DNA of 64,000 nt from Squalus acanthias (lineage: Eukaryota): positions 10,540,001 to 10,604,000 of the forward strand of contig CM059432.1 in assembly GCA_030390025.1 (NCBI GenBank), in the 5' to 3' direction. A program made the position numbers and the translations under genes. Shown here piece by piece: positions 12,035 through 24,178 of this stretch. The notes under the pieces are model-generated. The model saw only the letters and a list, made by a program, of their open reading frames with translations, was not told where the DNA came from and ran no database searches. Each line of letters opens with the position of its first letter. Position 1 is the stretch's first letter.

Positions 12035-13329
12035 TGTAGGGGGCGGTGGTTTGTGTCAGCTTCACCTCTGACTTCTGAGCGGTTCGAATCGCTCCCACTC
12101 CCTTGGTTCTCGACCTTGGACTTATTTGGGGGTTGTGACAAAAAGTGCAGCAGACAACTGGGTTTGATGCAAGAACTTTGATCTTTATTCAAGAAAGTAA
12201 AAACACAACACAAACACTCTTAACACTCTAAAGGTGGGGAACACTTCGGTACAAGCGAGGGAAATAACATTAGAAGAATACTTCACCCCTCCCAATCCCA
12301 CTTCACTAGCTAGGTTGGACTCTGGAGAACCAGGGATAATGCTCACCAAACGAATCCTTGACAGTTGAGAGTCAGGGTTTAGAGTCTTTTGAGTAAAAAG
12401 TTTCGTCAGGCCCTTGTTGCCGCGAGGTGTCCGATGGTCACTGAGGCGGTCGCTCTGGTCTCTTCTTGCGTGTCGGCCTACTTCTGGAGCTGTTGGCCTT
12501 CTTTGTTGAACTTCTTTCTGTTGAACTCTGCCTCTGTTTAAACTGTCTTCTTCCGAGCTGTGGAACTGCCTTCTTGCAGAGCTGTGGAACTGCCTTCTGC
12601 CTGCTTGTTGAACTCTGTAACTCCAGCCCTCACTTCTGCTGAAAACAGGCTTTCAATTGAACTCAAAACTGCAGAACTGCCTTCTGTTGAACTTGAACTG
12701 TTTTACTGGAGAACTGTTGAGAACAGGCCTTTTAATTATACCCATCGAAGCTTCCTTATCAAAACCAAATAAAATCCTTTGTAAGATTTTTGGAGGCCTC
12801 GTTAACAGTAACGACTTTACTAGCGTGTTAACTGGTTTTGTAAATGTGTGAAGTGGTTTCAGGATAGCTCCATCCTGTCGATCTGTTGTTTAATCGGAGT
12901 TTGAATTGTCCTCATGTTTTGGGTTTCTTGACTGGGCCTAGGACTTCTCTCGAATATTTGCTTTATGCATGTGTTTAATGGGTTCTGTAAACGGTTTTGA
13001 TGGGGCCTGTCTTTGGGTGGGACTGTCTTCTCCCAGGGTCTATTGTTCAAATGTTAATGTCTGCTGGGGCTTGAGTGAGGTCATCACGGTTCCCCAGACA
13101 GTGTAATTAACTGCAATAACCAAACTGCTTTTACAGAGGTCGAACCCAACTTCCTTCACAGCCTTTTCTCCCTTTACAGGCCTAGACATGTTTTTAAAAT
13201 GCCAAAACTTGGTTTTTGGTCTTAAATTCCTTATGTTAGGCCCAAATGCATTTTTATCACTCTGAGGTAGTTCCAAAGTCCTTTTTCCTTAGGTTTTGGG
13301 GATCTGTAAAAGTTTGGAAACCCTACACA
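12035..13329 (-). mobile_element. Solo LTR (1295 bp), probably Gypsy/ERV-type, with 4-bp TSD
   Basis: Termini are TGTAGGG...CCCTACACA, with ATAT at 12031-12034 and 13330-13333. The uninterrupted target ggctgcATATagtgaca is present at about 27467. An AATAAA on the - strand near 12185 suggests the orientation. Confidence 0.8.
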
Positions 13330-14019
13330 ATATAGTGACATCACAAGTCCCGAACCAGAATGGAGACGATTGGGTAATTCCCCCATCAATCATGCTGTAA
13401 GGGATTGATTTTACGCACATAATTTGTGTCATGTAACTCTCCTCCACTCACTGCATGTTGCTGGAGAAATCACCCTGCTTTTATCGGGAGGAGTTGCTGT
13501 AGTTTCGGTCATGAGTTCTGTTTGCTGTAGTTCGTAGAGCTGAGTAGATAGATTGTTTGCTGTAGTGCGCTGTTTAAATAGACTCTGCTTGCTATTTGCT
13601 GTAAAATAGAGTCTATTTGCTATTTGCTGTAAGATAGGCTCTGTTTGCTGTAAGTCTCGCGGTAAATCCCACCCCACTTCCAAATCACTGGCTGACACAG
13701 TGCTGTCAATGCTCACATTCGGGGAAAATATCACCAGGAAGAGGAAGGGCTGAAATTGCAAGAATGGGGGTTACAATGTAAAAGCCCTATCTCTGACCCA
13801 TGCTCGCGTTTAACAAGGCACCACACTCAGAGCAGATCCTTGCAATTTCCACCATAATGAAATCAACCTGAACGGGAGTCTGTGTGACAAAAAAATAGAA
13901 GCATGTTTGTCAGTTCGATTAATGATTGGATTCTTTCTTGTTCGGCATGACACACACAGTGGAAACTGGCTACAGCCTTCAGATTTTTCAGAAAGCGTAC
14001 ATCACAGTCTGGGTCAGTG

Positions 14020-14478
14020 TCAGCCCTGGCTCAGTGGGCAGCACTCTCACCTCCGAGTCAGAAGGCCGTGGGTTCATAGTCCCAGCCCAGAGACTTGAAC
14101 ACAATTCTAGGCTGACACTCCAGTGCAGTGCTGAGGGAGTGCTGCACTGTCGGAAGTGCCGACTTTCGGATGAGACTTTAAACCGAGGCACCGTCTGCTC
14201 TCTCAGGTGGAGGTAAAGGATCCCGCGGCCACTATTTCGAAGAAAAGCAGTGGAGTTATCCCTGGTGTCCCGGGGCCAATATTTATCTCTCAATCAACAT
14301 AACAAAAACAGATTATCTGGTCATTGTCACATTGGGAGCTTGCTGTGCGCCAATTGGCTGCCGCGTTTTCTACATTTCAACAACACTTCAAAAAAGAACT
14401 TAATTGGCTGTAAAGCGCTTTGGGACGTCCGGAGGTTGTGAAAGGCGCTATATAAATGCAAGTCTTTCTTTCTTTCTT
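14020..14478 (+). mobile_element. Deu-domain tRNA-derived SINE, SacSINE1-like (others at 9102-9562 -, 15860-16110 -, 16421-16876 -, 17150-17390 +, 21951-22390 +, 24735-25165 +, 30946-31960 +, 51548-52013 -, 56088-56530 +)
   Basis: tRNA-like head (ggctcagtgg...ggttc), central ggatgagacgttaaaccgaggcccc...gatcccatggcactatttcgaagaagagcagg domain, and an L2-type tail. Confidence 0.8.
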
Positions 14479-14996
14479 CGGACTCCAAACGAGTCTATCC
14501 AGAAGCATTTTGTGACACTTTGGTGCTTAGATATCATTCCATTTCAAGTCGAATAGAATGGTTTGTAATTATTGTAAATATACTGTTTGGACTGAGTGCT
14601 GTTCATTTACCTGTTCACTGTTCAGTTAATGGCTCCGTTGGTTTATAGCTTGACAGACCAAATATTCTTCCACCTGCTGAAGATGAGGAGATCATGTAGC
14701 AACATGTGGTGCATTCCAGTTTAAGCCAGAATACTTAGATATGCGCTTGAAGTGCCGTAACCTGCAAGGCTACAGACTAAGAGCTGGAAAGTGGGATTAG
14801 GCTGGGTGGCTCTTTTTCAGCCGGCACAGACAAGATGGGCCGAATGGCCTTCTTCTGTGCCGTAACTTTCTATGATTCAATGACTACAATGACAAGGGTT
14901 CTCTGCTCACGCCCTGAATTTCACTTACAGTTGCCAACCCTCCAGGATCATCCTGGAGTCTCCAGGAATTAAAGATTCATCTCCAGGACACGGCTG

Positions 14997-15620
14997 ATGT
15001 GGGTGTCGCTGGCAAGGCCAGCATTTATTGCCCATCCCTAATTGCCCTTGAGAAGGTGGTGGTGAGCCGCCTTCTTGAACCGCAGCAGTCCGTGTGGTGA
15101 AGGTACTCCCACAGTGCTGTTAGGGAGGGAGTTCCAGGATTTTGATCCAGCGACGACGAAGGAACGGCGATATATTTCCAAGTCAGGATGGTGTGTGACT
15201 TGGAGGGGAACCTGGAGGAGATGCTGTTCCCATGCGCTTGCTGCCCTTGCCCTTCTAGGTGGAAGAGGTCGCGGGTTTGGGAGGTGCTGTCGCAGAAGCC
15301 TTAGCAAGTTGCCACAGTGCCTCTTGTCGATGGTATACACTGCAGCCACGGTGCGCCAGTGGTGGAGGGAGTGAATGTTTAAGGTGGTGGATGCAGTGCC
15401 AATCAAGCGGGCTGCTTTGTCCTGGATGGTGTCGAGCTTCTTGAGTGTTGTTGGAGCTGCACTCAACCAGGCAAGTGGAGAGTATTCCATCACACTCCTA
15501 ACTTGTGCCTTGTAGATGGTGGAAAGGCTTTGGGGAGTCAGGAGGTGAGACATTCGCCGCAGAATACCTAGCCTCTGACCTGCTCTTGTAGCTCTTTGTA
15601 TGGCTGATCCAGTTAAGTTT
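14997..15620 (-). mobile_element. Second CR1/L2-group LINE family, 3' fragment (others at 23200-23500 +, 38385-38735 +, 40808-41035 -)
   Basis: Contains LSTIYKAQVRSVMEYSPLAW and SWNSLP. The tail is gggcaataaatgctggccttgccagcgac.cccacatc. Confidence 0.78.
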
Positions 15621-18497
15621 CTGGTCATTGAGCGGTGAAAAGCATTCATGGATCCATATCTTAGATTACTGAGTTTTAAAGAGAGGAGAAAGGAAATCTA
15701 TACGTTCTGACTGGCAAGGAGGGGATGATCTGACTTTATTTGGGATGGGTGAGTTATTTTTAGGTTGAACTTGTTGAGAGATGTCAGCACTGTGGAGTGG
15801 AATCTGCCACAGGTATGCCCTAGTTAGGAAGAAGAACTCATTGGCTGACACAGTGTGTCGCACCTTTCACAACCTCAGGACATCCCAAAGCGCTTTACAG
15901 CCAATGAAGTACTTTTTGGAGTGTAGTCACTGTTATAATGTAGGAAACATGGCGGCCAATTTGCGCACAGCAAGCTCCCATAACAGCAACGTGATAATGA
16001 CCAGATAATCTGTTTTTGTGATGTTGATTGAGGGATAAATATTGGCCAGGACACCGGGGATAACTCCCCTGCTCTTCTTCGAAATAGTGCCATGGAATCT
16101 TTTACATCCGCTTGTTGCCTGTCCCTAGGTGCCCCTGAGAAAGTGGTGGTGGGCTACCGCCATCTTGAACCGTTGCAGGTACTCCCATAATGCTTAGCAG
16201 TTGGATACGACTGAGTGGCTTTTCTCGGCCGCCTCAAAGGGAAGTTAAGAGTCAACCACATTAATGTGGGACTAGAGTCACATACAAACCAGACTGCGTA
16301 AGGTTCTAGGACATTAGTGAACCGGTTGGGCCATGGTGGAACTTGAATTCACACACTTTAGCTGATTAGTTCAGGTTTACATGGATTACTAGTCCAGTAA
16401 CATAACCACTACACTGCCCTAAGAAAGACTTACATTTCTATAGCGCCTTTCACAACCACTGGACGTCTCAAAGCGCTTTACAGCCAATGAAGTACTTTTT
16501 TGGAGTGTAGGAAATGCCTCAGCCACTTTGCGCACAGCAAGCTCCCACAAACAGCAATGTCACAATGACCAGATAATCTGTCTTTGTGATGTTAATTGAG
16601 GGATAAATATTGGCCAGGACACTGGGGATAACTCCCCCTGCTCTTCTTCGAAATAGTGCCACGGGATCTTTTACGTCCACCTGAAAGAGCAGACAGGGCC
16701 TCGGATTAACGTTTCATCCGAAAGACGGCACCTCCGACAGTGCAGCGTTCCCTTAGCCCTGCACAGGTGCGTCAGCCTAGATTTTTTTTGTGCTCAAGTC
16801 TCCGGAGTGGGACTGTGAACCCACAACCTTCTAACTCAAAGGCAAGAGTGCTGCCCACTGAGCCACAGCTGACACATAAAACAAGATAGCTGCTGGATAA
16901 AACTCTGAATATGCATCAGTCTGAATTTCAGAGGCACCCCCCTCTCCCCCTACCGCCCACCCGCTGCACTGTGACATTTGGATGCCAATTAGTGATACAT
17001 TACTGTGCTGCAGACTAGCACTCGTTCAGAAGTGGGCTGAAACTGCACTGACTCACTTCACTCAAGATCTTTCCAACCAGCAGAATATTAACAATCAAAG
17101 CTCGAATCGAAGTCAAAAGCGAGAGAGAGCACAGTATTTTAATCCCCTATGCAACTATGGCTCAGTCAGTAGCACTCTGATCGCGACGTCAGAAGACTGT
17201 GTGGGTTCGAAGACCTCTACAGAGATAAAAATCTAGGCTGTCACTTCAGTGCAGATTTTCGGATGGGACGTTGAACCGAGGCCCCTGTCTGCCCTCTCAG
17301 CTGAACATTAAAGATTCCCATGGCACTATTTCGAGGAAGAACAGCGGGGGAGTAGGCAGTTCCCACTTGTGTCCTGGTCGATATTTATCAAGGGGACATG
17401 TGTGGGAGAATTTCTGGGCTACTCTGGGTATTCCATAGGATTACATACGGCACGGAAACAGGCCATTCGGCCCAACCAGTCCCTGCCGGCGTTTATGCTC
17501 CACACGAGCCTCCTCCCGTCTTTCCTCATCTAAATCTATCAGCATAACTCTCTATTCCCTTTTCCCTCATATGCTTGTCTAGCCTCCCCTTAAATGCATC
17601 TATACTATTCACTTCAACCACTCCCTGTGGTAGCGAGTTCCACATTCTCATCACTCTCTGGGTAAAAGAGGTTTCTTCTGAATTCCCTCTTGGATTTCTT
17701 GGTGACGATCTTATATTGGTGGCCTCTAGTTATGCTCTTTACCCACAAGTGGGATTGTAGGAGTACCTCAGGGCGATGCGGTCGAGCCCCTTCTGGGCCC
17801 AGTACGCCCTTGGCAAGCCTCAGCTGAGCGTTGGTGTGTCGTCTACTGAGGCCCCAGGAAAGGCCCCGAAACTTCAGCAGACTAAAAGAAAAACTCTACT
17901 GGCTCTACAGTCAGCTGAAGATTGAAAAAAGCTAACCTTTTTTTTTTCACTGGGGCTCTTCCCACGCCTCTGCTCCACTGTTGGAGCAGAATAGTGCCCT
18001 TCTGATTTTCCAGGCCTCCGTCAGGACGGGCACTTCTGAAGTGCCCTTATTGGTCACGGGCCGCCCACTGAGTGTTGCAACTTACTGTGTGTCCATTGCA
18101 GCTTTGGGGCCTTCCTCTCCAGAAGGGGTTCGACCAGATCGTCCTGAGGTACTCCTATCATCCCAATTTTACCTCGCTTGGTAAAAACTGAGGCAACTTC
18201 ATTGCTCAGCGTCTAGAATCATAGAAACTCTTCTTCTTCTTCTTCTTAGGCAGTCCCTCAGAACCAAGGATGACTTATAGAAACTCACAGCACGGAAGGA
18301 GGCCATTCGGCCCGTCGTGCCTGTGCCGGCTCTTTGAAAGAGCCGTCGTGCTCAGTCCCACATCCCCGCGGTTTGTCCGTAACCCTGTGAGCTCCTCATC
18401 CTCCAATACCATGCCTTCACTTTGAAGTGCAAGATTGCTTCCTTCACCTCTAACACCTTCTTGGACTATCTTTAACTTCTTATTGTCTGTATAATAA

Positions 18498-19006
18498 ATA
18501 AGATTGTGAAGGGGTTGGATCGGGTGGATGCGGGGAGGATGTTCCCGATGATGGGTGAAACTAGAACTAGGGGGCATAGTCTTAGAATAAGGGGCTGCTC
18601 TTTCAAAACTGAGATGAGAAGGAACTACTTCACTCAGAGGGTGGTAGGTCCATGGAATATGCTGCCCCAAAAAGCTGTAGAAGCTACATCATGACATAAA
18701 TTTAAAACAGAAATAGACAGTTTCCTAGAAGTAAAGGGAATTAAGGGTTACGGGGAGCGGGCAGGAATTTGGACATGAGTCTAGGTTCGGATCGGTCATG
18801 GCCCTGTGGGTAGCGTAGCGGGCCCAGGGGCCGTGTAGTCTGATCCTGCTCCTATTTCGTGTGTCCAATTCTGTTAGGTTCAGGAGATGGTTCTGTGATA
18901 GTAGATTGGCGGTTAGGATCAGATCAGCCATGATCTTATTGAATGGCGGAGCAGGCTCGAGGGGCCAATTGGCCTACTCCTGCTCCTATTTCTTATGTTC
19001 TTATGT
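18498..19006 (+). mobile_element. Young CR1/HER1 subfamily 3' fragment
   Basis: Matches 40143-40650. Confidence 0.85.
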
Positions 19007-19284
19007 ATAAAAAGTCCTTGCTGTTTTGCTTTATGCCTTTTCTCGCGCTCTCTCTCAGCGTGACCAACCCTTTTTTTTTGCTTTGCTTTCCACACTTTTT
19101 TACATTTCTCAGAAGTTTCTTCTGTATTTCACATCCCCCAATTTGTCACGTGCCATTATTTTTTAAAACCTTGAGTGTCAATTTTAACTGTTCCAACGGC
19201 AGGGAAATGGGTGGAAGCGGGCATCAGTGGAAAGGAAAATCAGGCGAGGCGTGAAACGGGAGGCCGACCTTTTTTTCAAACCCA

Positions 19285-19910
19285 TCACTAGATTGATCCC
19301 TGGGATGAGACGGTTGTCCTATGAGGAGAGATTAAGTAGATTGAGCCGATACTCTCTGCTGCTTAGAAGAATGAGAGGTGATCTCATTGAAACGTAGAAG
19401 ATTCTGAAGGGGAATGACAGGGTAGACGCTGAGAGGCTGTTTCCCCCTGAGTCATAGAGTCATAGAGTTATACAGCACAGAAAGAGGCCCTTCGGCCCAT
19501 CGTGTCCGCGCCGGCCATCAAGCCCTGTCTATTCTAATCCCCTAGAACTAGGGGGCATAGTCTCAGTATAAGGGGTCGGCCATTTAGGACTGAGATGATG
19601 AGTTTTCTCCCGGAGTTGCTCGCAGCTGTGTCCGGGAAATTAGTCTTTCATTCCTGGAGGCTCCAGGGCAATCCTGGAGGGTTGTGAATCTTTGGAATTT
19701 TCTACCCCATAAGGCTGTGGTTGCTCAGTCGTTGAGTATATTCAAGGCTGAGATCGATAGATTTTTGGACTCTAGGGGAATCAAGGGATATGGAGATCGG
19801 GCAGGAAAGTGGAGTTGAGGTCGAAGATCAGCCACAATCTTATTGAATGGTGGAGCAGGCTCGAGGGGGCCGCATGGCCTACTCCTGCTCCCATTTCATA
19901 TGTTCTTATT
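19285..19910 (+). mobile_element. CR1 3' fragment with small nested inserts
   Basis: CR1 tail sequence interrupted at about 19450-19540 and 19600-19685. Confidence 0.75.
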
Positions 19911-20003
19911 ATTCTGGGCTAGGTTCCATTTCATCGCATTGATTTCCAATCTTTGAATCCTCGAATTCCTTCTCAATTTTCAATGTGAACCTAGTTAGGT
20001 TAT

Positions 20004-21690
20004 AAGAACATAAGAACATAAGAAATAGGAGCAGGAGTAGGCCAATCGGCCCCTCGAGCCTGCTCCGCCATTCAATAAGATCATGGCTGATCTGATCCTA
20101 ACCGCCAATCTACTATCTATCACAGAACCATCTCCTGCATCTAACAGAATTGCACACACAAAATAGGAGCAGAATCAGGCTACACAGTCCCTGGGCCCGC
20201 TCCACTACCCACAGGGCCATGACCGATCCGAACCTAGACTCATGTCCAAATTCCTGCCCGCTCCCCGTAACCCTTAATGCCCTTTACTTCTAGGAAACTG
20301 TCTATTTCTGTTTTAAATTTAATTAATGTTGTAGCTTCTACAGCTTTTTGTGGCAGCATATTCCATGGACCTACCACCCTCTGAGTGAAGTAGTTCCTCC
20401 TCATCTCAGTTTTGAAAGAGCAGCCCCTTATTCTAAGACTATGTCCCCTAGTTCTCGTCTCACCCGTCATCGGGAACATCCTCCCCGCATCCACCCGATC
20501 CAACCCCTTCACAATCTTATATGTTTCAATAAGATCGCCTCTCATTCTTCTGAACTCCAATGAGTAGAGTCCCAATCTACCCAACCTCTCCTCATATGAC
20601 CACCCCCTCATCCCCGGGATTAACCGAGTGAACCTTTTTTGCACTGCCTCGAGAGCAAGGATGTCTTTCCTTAAGTAAGGACACCAAAACTGTATGCAGT
20701 ATTCCAGGTGCGGTCTCACCAATACCTTGTACAACTGAAGCAATACCTCCCTATTTTTATATTCTATCCCCCTAGCAATGAAAGCCAACATTCCATTTGC
20801 CTTCTTAATCACTTGCTGCACCTGCATACTAACCTTTTGAGTTTCGTGCACCAGGACCCCCAGATCCCTTTGCACTTCAGTACTCTCCAGTTTCTTGCCA
20901 TTAAGATAATGGGCCGAAAATTGATCTCGGTGCGCGAGAGTACGCACTGCGTACTCTCGCGTATTCCCACTCCAATTGCCGGTTTTCTGCATGCCCTGCG
21001 CATGCGCTGAAAACCGGCAATTGCTCTTCCGAAAAGGGGGCGGGGCCGGAGTGCATCGCGTGCGCGCTACAGGCTGCGCGCACGCTGTGCACTTCATGCT
21101 TTGGACGCGCAGGTAAGTAGGGAAGATTTTGGAAATGTAAAAAGGAGGAGTAAGACCCGCTTTTAAGAAGGTAAGTAGTGAATTAAGTATTTTTTTGAAT
21201 TTTTTTTTACAGGTATATCTTTTTTATAGACTTTAAAGACAGGTAAGTTTATTTTTATAACTTTTTAAAAGATTTTAAATTTTTTCAAAAATTTAATTTT
21301 TTATTTAAAATGGTTAATTTAATTAACTATACTTATTTTATTAATGTGATGGGTTTTTTTTTAATTTAATTGAGGTTTAGCTGTTATTTTGGGGGGGTGT
21401 AAGATTCATAAGTCTCTCAGCCATGCTGTGAGACTTATGAATGGAAGATGGTGTGCTGCCATTGGCTCTAACTGAGTCACGTGATCCCACAGCTCGCACG
21501 AATTCACTACGCCGCCGGGATACGCAAGCCCAGCACAGCTGATGTCTGGAACATCAATTTCGTGCGAGCTGGATCAGAAAAAGCATAAGCGAGGTGAGAC
21601 ATCGCGGGAAAGGCTTACCCCCGCGGGAACAGAGCGAGATCAATTTCTGGGCCAATAAATTGCTCTAGGATTTTTCCTGCCAAAGTGCTC
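20004..21690 (-). mobile_element. Young CR1/HER1 subfamily copy, interrupted by a MITE
   Basis: Near-identical reverse complement of 39715-40662 apart from the 20911-21653 insertion. Confidence 0.9.
20911..21653. mobile_element. Non-autonomous Harbinger/PIF-like DNA transposon (743 bp)
   Basis: TIRs are GGGCCGAAAATTGATCTCG and CGAGATCAATTTCTGGGCC. The 3-bp TSD is AAT. It interrupts a CR1 whose intact sequence (ttaagataataaattgctc) is seen in the sister copy near 39745. Confidence 0.85.
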
Positions 21691-22688
21691 ACGTAGTTCC
21701 CTGCTTGGTCACCTGGAACCATATGCTGATAAGGTGAGATGAAGAGGGGTGGGAGGAGGCTCGTGTGGAGCAGAAACGCCAGCGCAGACCAGTTGGACCG
21801 GATGGCCTGTCCCTGTGCTGGAGACTCTGTGTAATTCTGTGTAATTCTACCGAGAACCCTTTCTTCTTGGACATGCAACATACTGTTTAACACAACAATA
21901 GCGACTGCAGTGGAAAAGTAATTCAATGGCAAAGTGCTGAGGACAAGAAAGGTGTCAGCTGTGGCTCCGTTGGTCGCTCTGAGTCAGCAGGTCGTGGGTT
22001 CAATTCCCACTCCAGAGACTTGAGCCCATATTCTAGGCTGACGCTCCAGTGAAGTGCTGAGGGAGTGCTGCACTGTCGGAGGATGAGATGTTAAACCGAG
22101 ACACCATTTGCCCTCTCAGATGGACATAAAAGATCCCACGGCACTATTCGAAGAAGAGCAAGGGAGTTCTCCCCGGTGTCCTGGACAATATTTATCCCTC
22201 AGCCCACATCACTACAACAACGGATTATCTGGTCATTATCACATTGCTGTTTGTGGGAGCTTGCTGTGCGCAAATTGGCCGCCGCATTTCCTACATTACA
22301 ACAGTGACGACACTTCAAAATGTACTTCATTGGCTGTAAAGAGCTTCGTGACATCCTGAGGTCGTGAAAGGCGCCGTAGAAATGCAAGTTTGATCATCGT
22401 TCATACGAAAAGAGTCCTGGATGCATTTTTTAATCACTAGCAAACAAAAATGTTCAAAGAAAATTTGAAAGGAAAACCATTTTTTATTGCCCCGGTGATT
22501 TATCTCCCAGAGTTGCTCGCAGCAGTGTCCTGGAAATTAGTCTTTCAATCCTGGAGGGTTGGCAACCCGAAGTGGGGCCTCACCCTTCCTCCCCCACCCC
22601 CAACCTCCACTGGGATGATTAGGTTGCTTGAATTCAAATCTTTCATCTATTCCCAGTACAAAGCAATCAAAAATAATGTTCACACACA

Positions 22689-22985
22689 TCTTCTTAGGCA
22701 GCCCCTCGGAACCGAGGATGACTTGCTTCCACGTTAAAAATGAGTTCTCAGGTGACTGATGTGTCCGATGCGGGACCTACAGTCTCTGTCACAGGTGGGG
22801 CAGATGGTGGTTGAAGGGGCGGGTGGGTGGGGTGCTTGGGTTGACGTGCGCTCCTTGCGCTGCTTGCGCTTGGCTTCCGCTTGCTCCCGGCGAAGAGACT
22901 CAAGGTGTTTGGCGCTTTTCCTCCACTTTGTGTGGTCTTGGGCCAGGGATTCCCAAGTGTCGGTGGGGATGTTGCACATACATGC
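22689..22985 (-). mobile_element. RTE-clade LINE 3' fragment (short tail copy also at about 18228-18276)
   Basis: Encodes WESLAQD..KWR and CPTCDRDCRSRIGHISHLRTH, followed by a (GAA)n tail. Confidence 0.75.
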
Positions 22986-23637
22986 AGCATGTCATTCACA
23001 ATGGAGTTCAAACTTATAAGGGAGCCATCCAGAGCCCTGTTACCAAATATACAAGACGACAAGCTATCAATCTTCCAGAGTCCGAACCATGCAGATGTTA
23101 TCAGAAGGCGCTTCCAGTGAGGCCAACACTGACTGCTTCACAATTTAAATGCATTAACATTTTAACACCAACTGTACATTTTACAACCACCTCTAGATAC
23201 AAACCCGCCACCTCTTCCACCTAGACGGACAAGGGCAGCAGGCGCATGGGAACACCACCACCTCCATGTTCCCCTCCAATTCACACACCATCCTGACTTG
23301 GAAGTATGTCGGCCATTCCTTCATCGTCGCTGGGTCAAAATCCTGGAACTCCCTCCCTAACAGCGCTGTGGGAGAACCTTCACCACACAGACTGCAGCGG
23401 TTCAAGAATGCGGCTCAACACCACCTTCTCAAGGGCAATTAGGGATGGGCAATAAATGCTGGCCTTGCCAGCGACGCCCACATCCCGGGAATGAATAAGA
23501 AAGGCATGTCAACTGTGGAAAATCATTTCTGATCACGCATATAGGATTTGAAATGTTAACAATTCATCAGTATGCCTGCAGTACAACGGATTTAAAGTGA
23601 CCAGCCACCTCTTGTAAATAGATGTTTAAACAAATTG

Positions 23638-24178
23638 ACCTAAGGAAAGATATACTTGCCATAGAGGGAGTGAAACGAAGGTTCACCAGACTGATTCCTG
23701 GGATGGGGGGATTGTCCTATGAGGAGAGATTGAGTAGACTAGGCCTATATTCTCTAGAGTTTAGAAGAATGAGAGGTGGTCTCATTGAAACATACAAAAG
23801 TCTTACAAGGCTTGACAGGGTAGATGCAGGGAGGATGTTTCCCCTGGCTGGGGAGTCTAGAACACGGGGTCACAGTCTCAGAATAAGGGGTCGGCAATTT
23901 AGGACTGAGATGAGGAGAAATTTCTTCACTCAGAGGGTGGTGAATCTTTGGAATTCTCTACCCCAGATGGGTGTAGAGGCTCAGTCCTTGAGTATATTCA
24001 AGACAGAGATCGATAGATTTTTGAATATTAAGGGAATCAAGGGATATGGGGATCGGGCGGGAAAGTGGAGATGAAGTAGAAGATCAGCCATGATCTTACT
24101 GAATGGCGGAGCAGGCTCGAGGGGCCGAATGGCCTACTCCTGCTCCTATTTCTTATGTTGTGTTCTTATGTTCTTATG
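23638..24178 (+). mobile_element. CR1/HER1 3' fragment
   Basis: A 150-aa RT C-terminal frame and the tail. Confidence 0.88.

Noticed and set aside
20240..21097. 285-aa ORF with a novel Cys-rich N-terminus fused to an RT C-terminus
   Set aside because: Chance read-through from the MITE end into a truncated CR1. It lacks the catalytic RT core.
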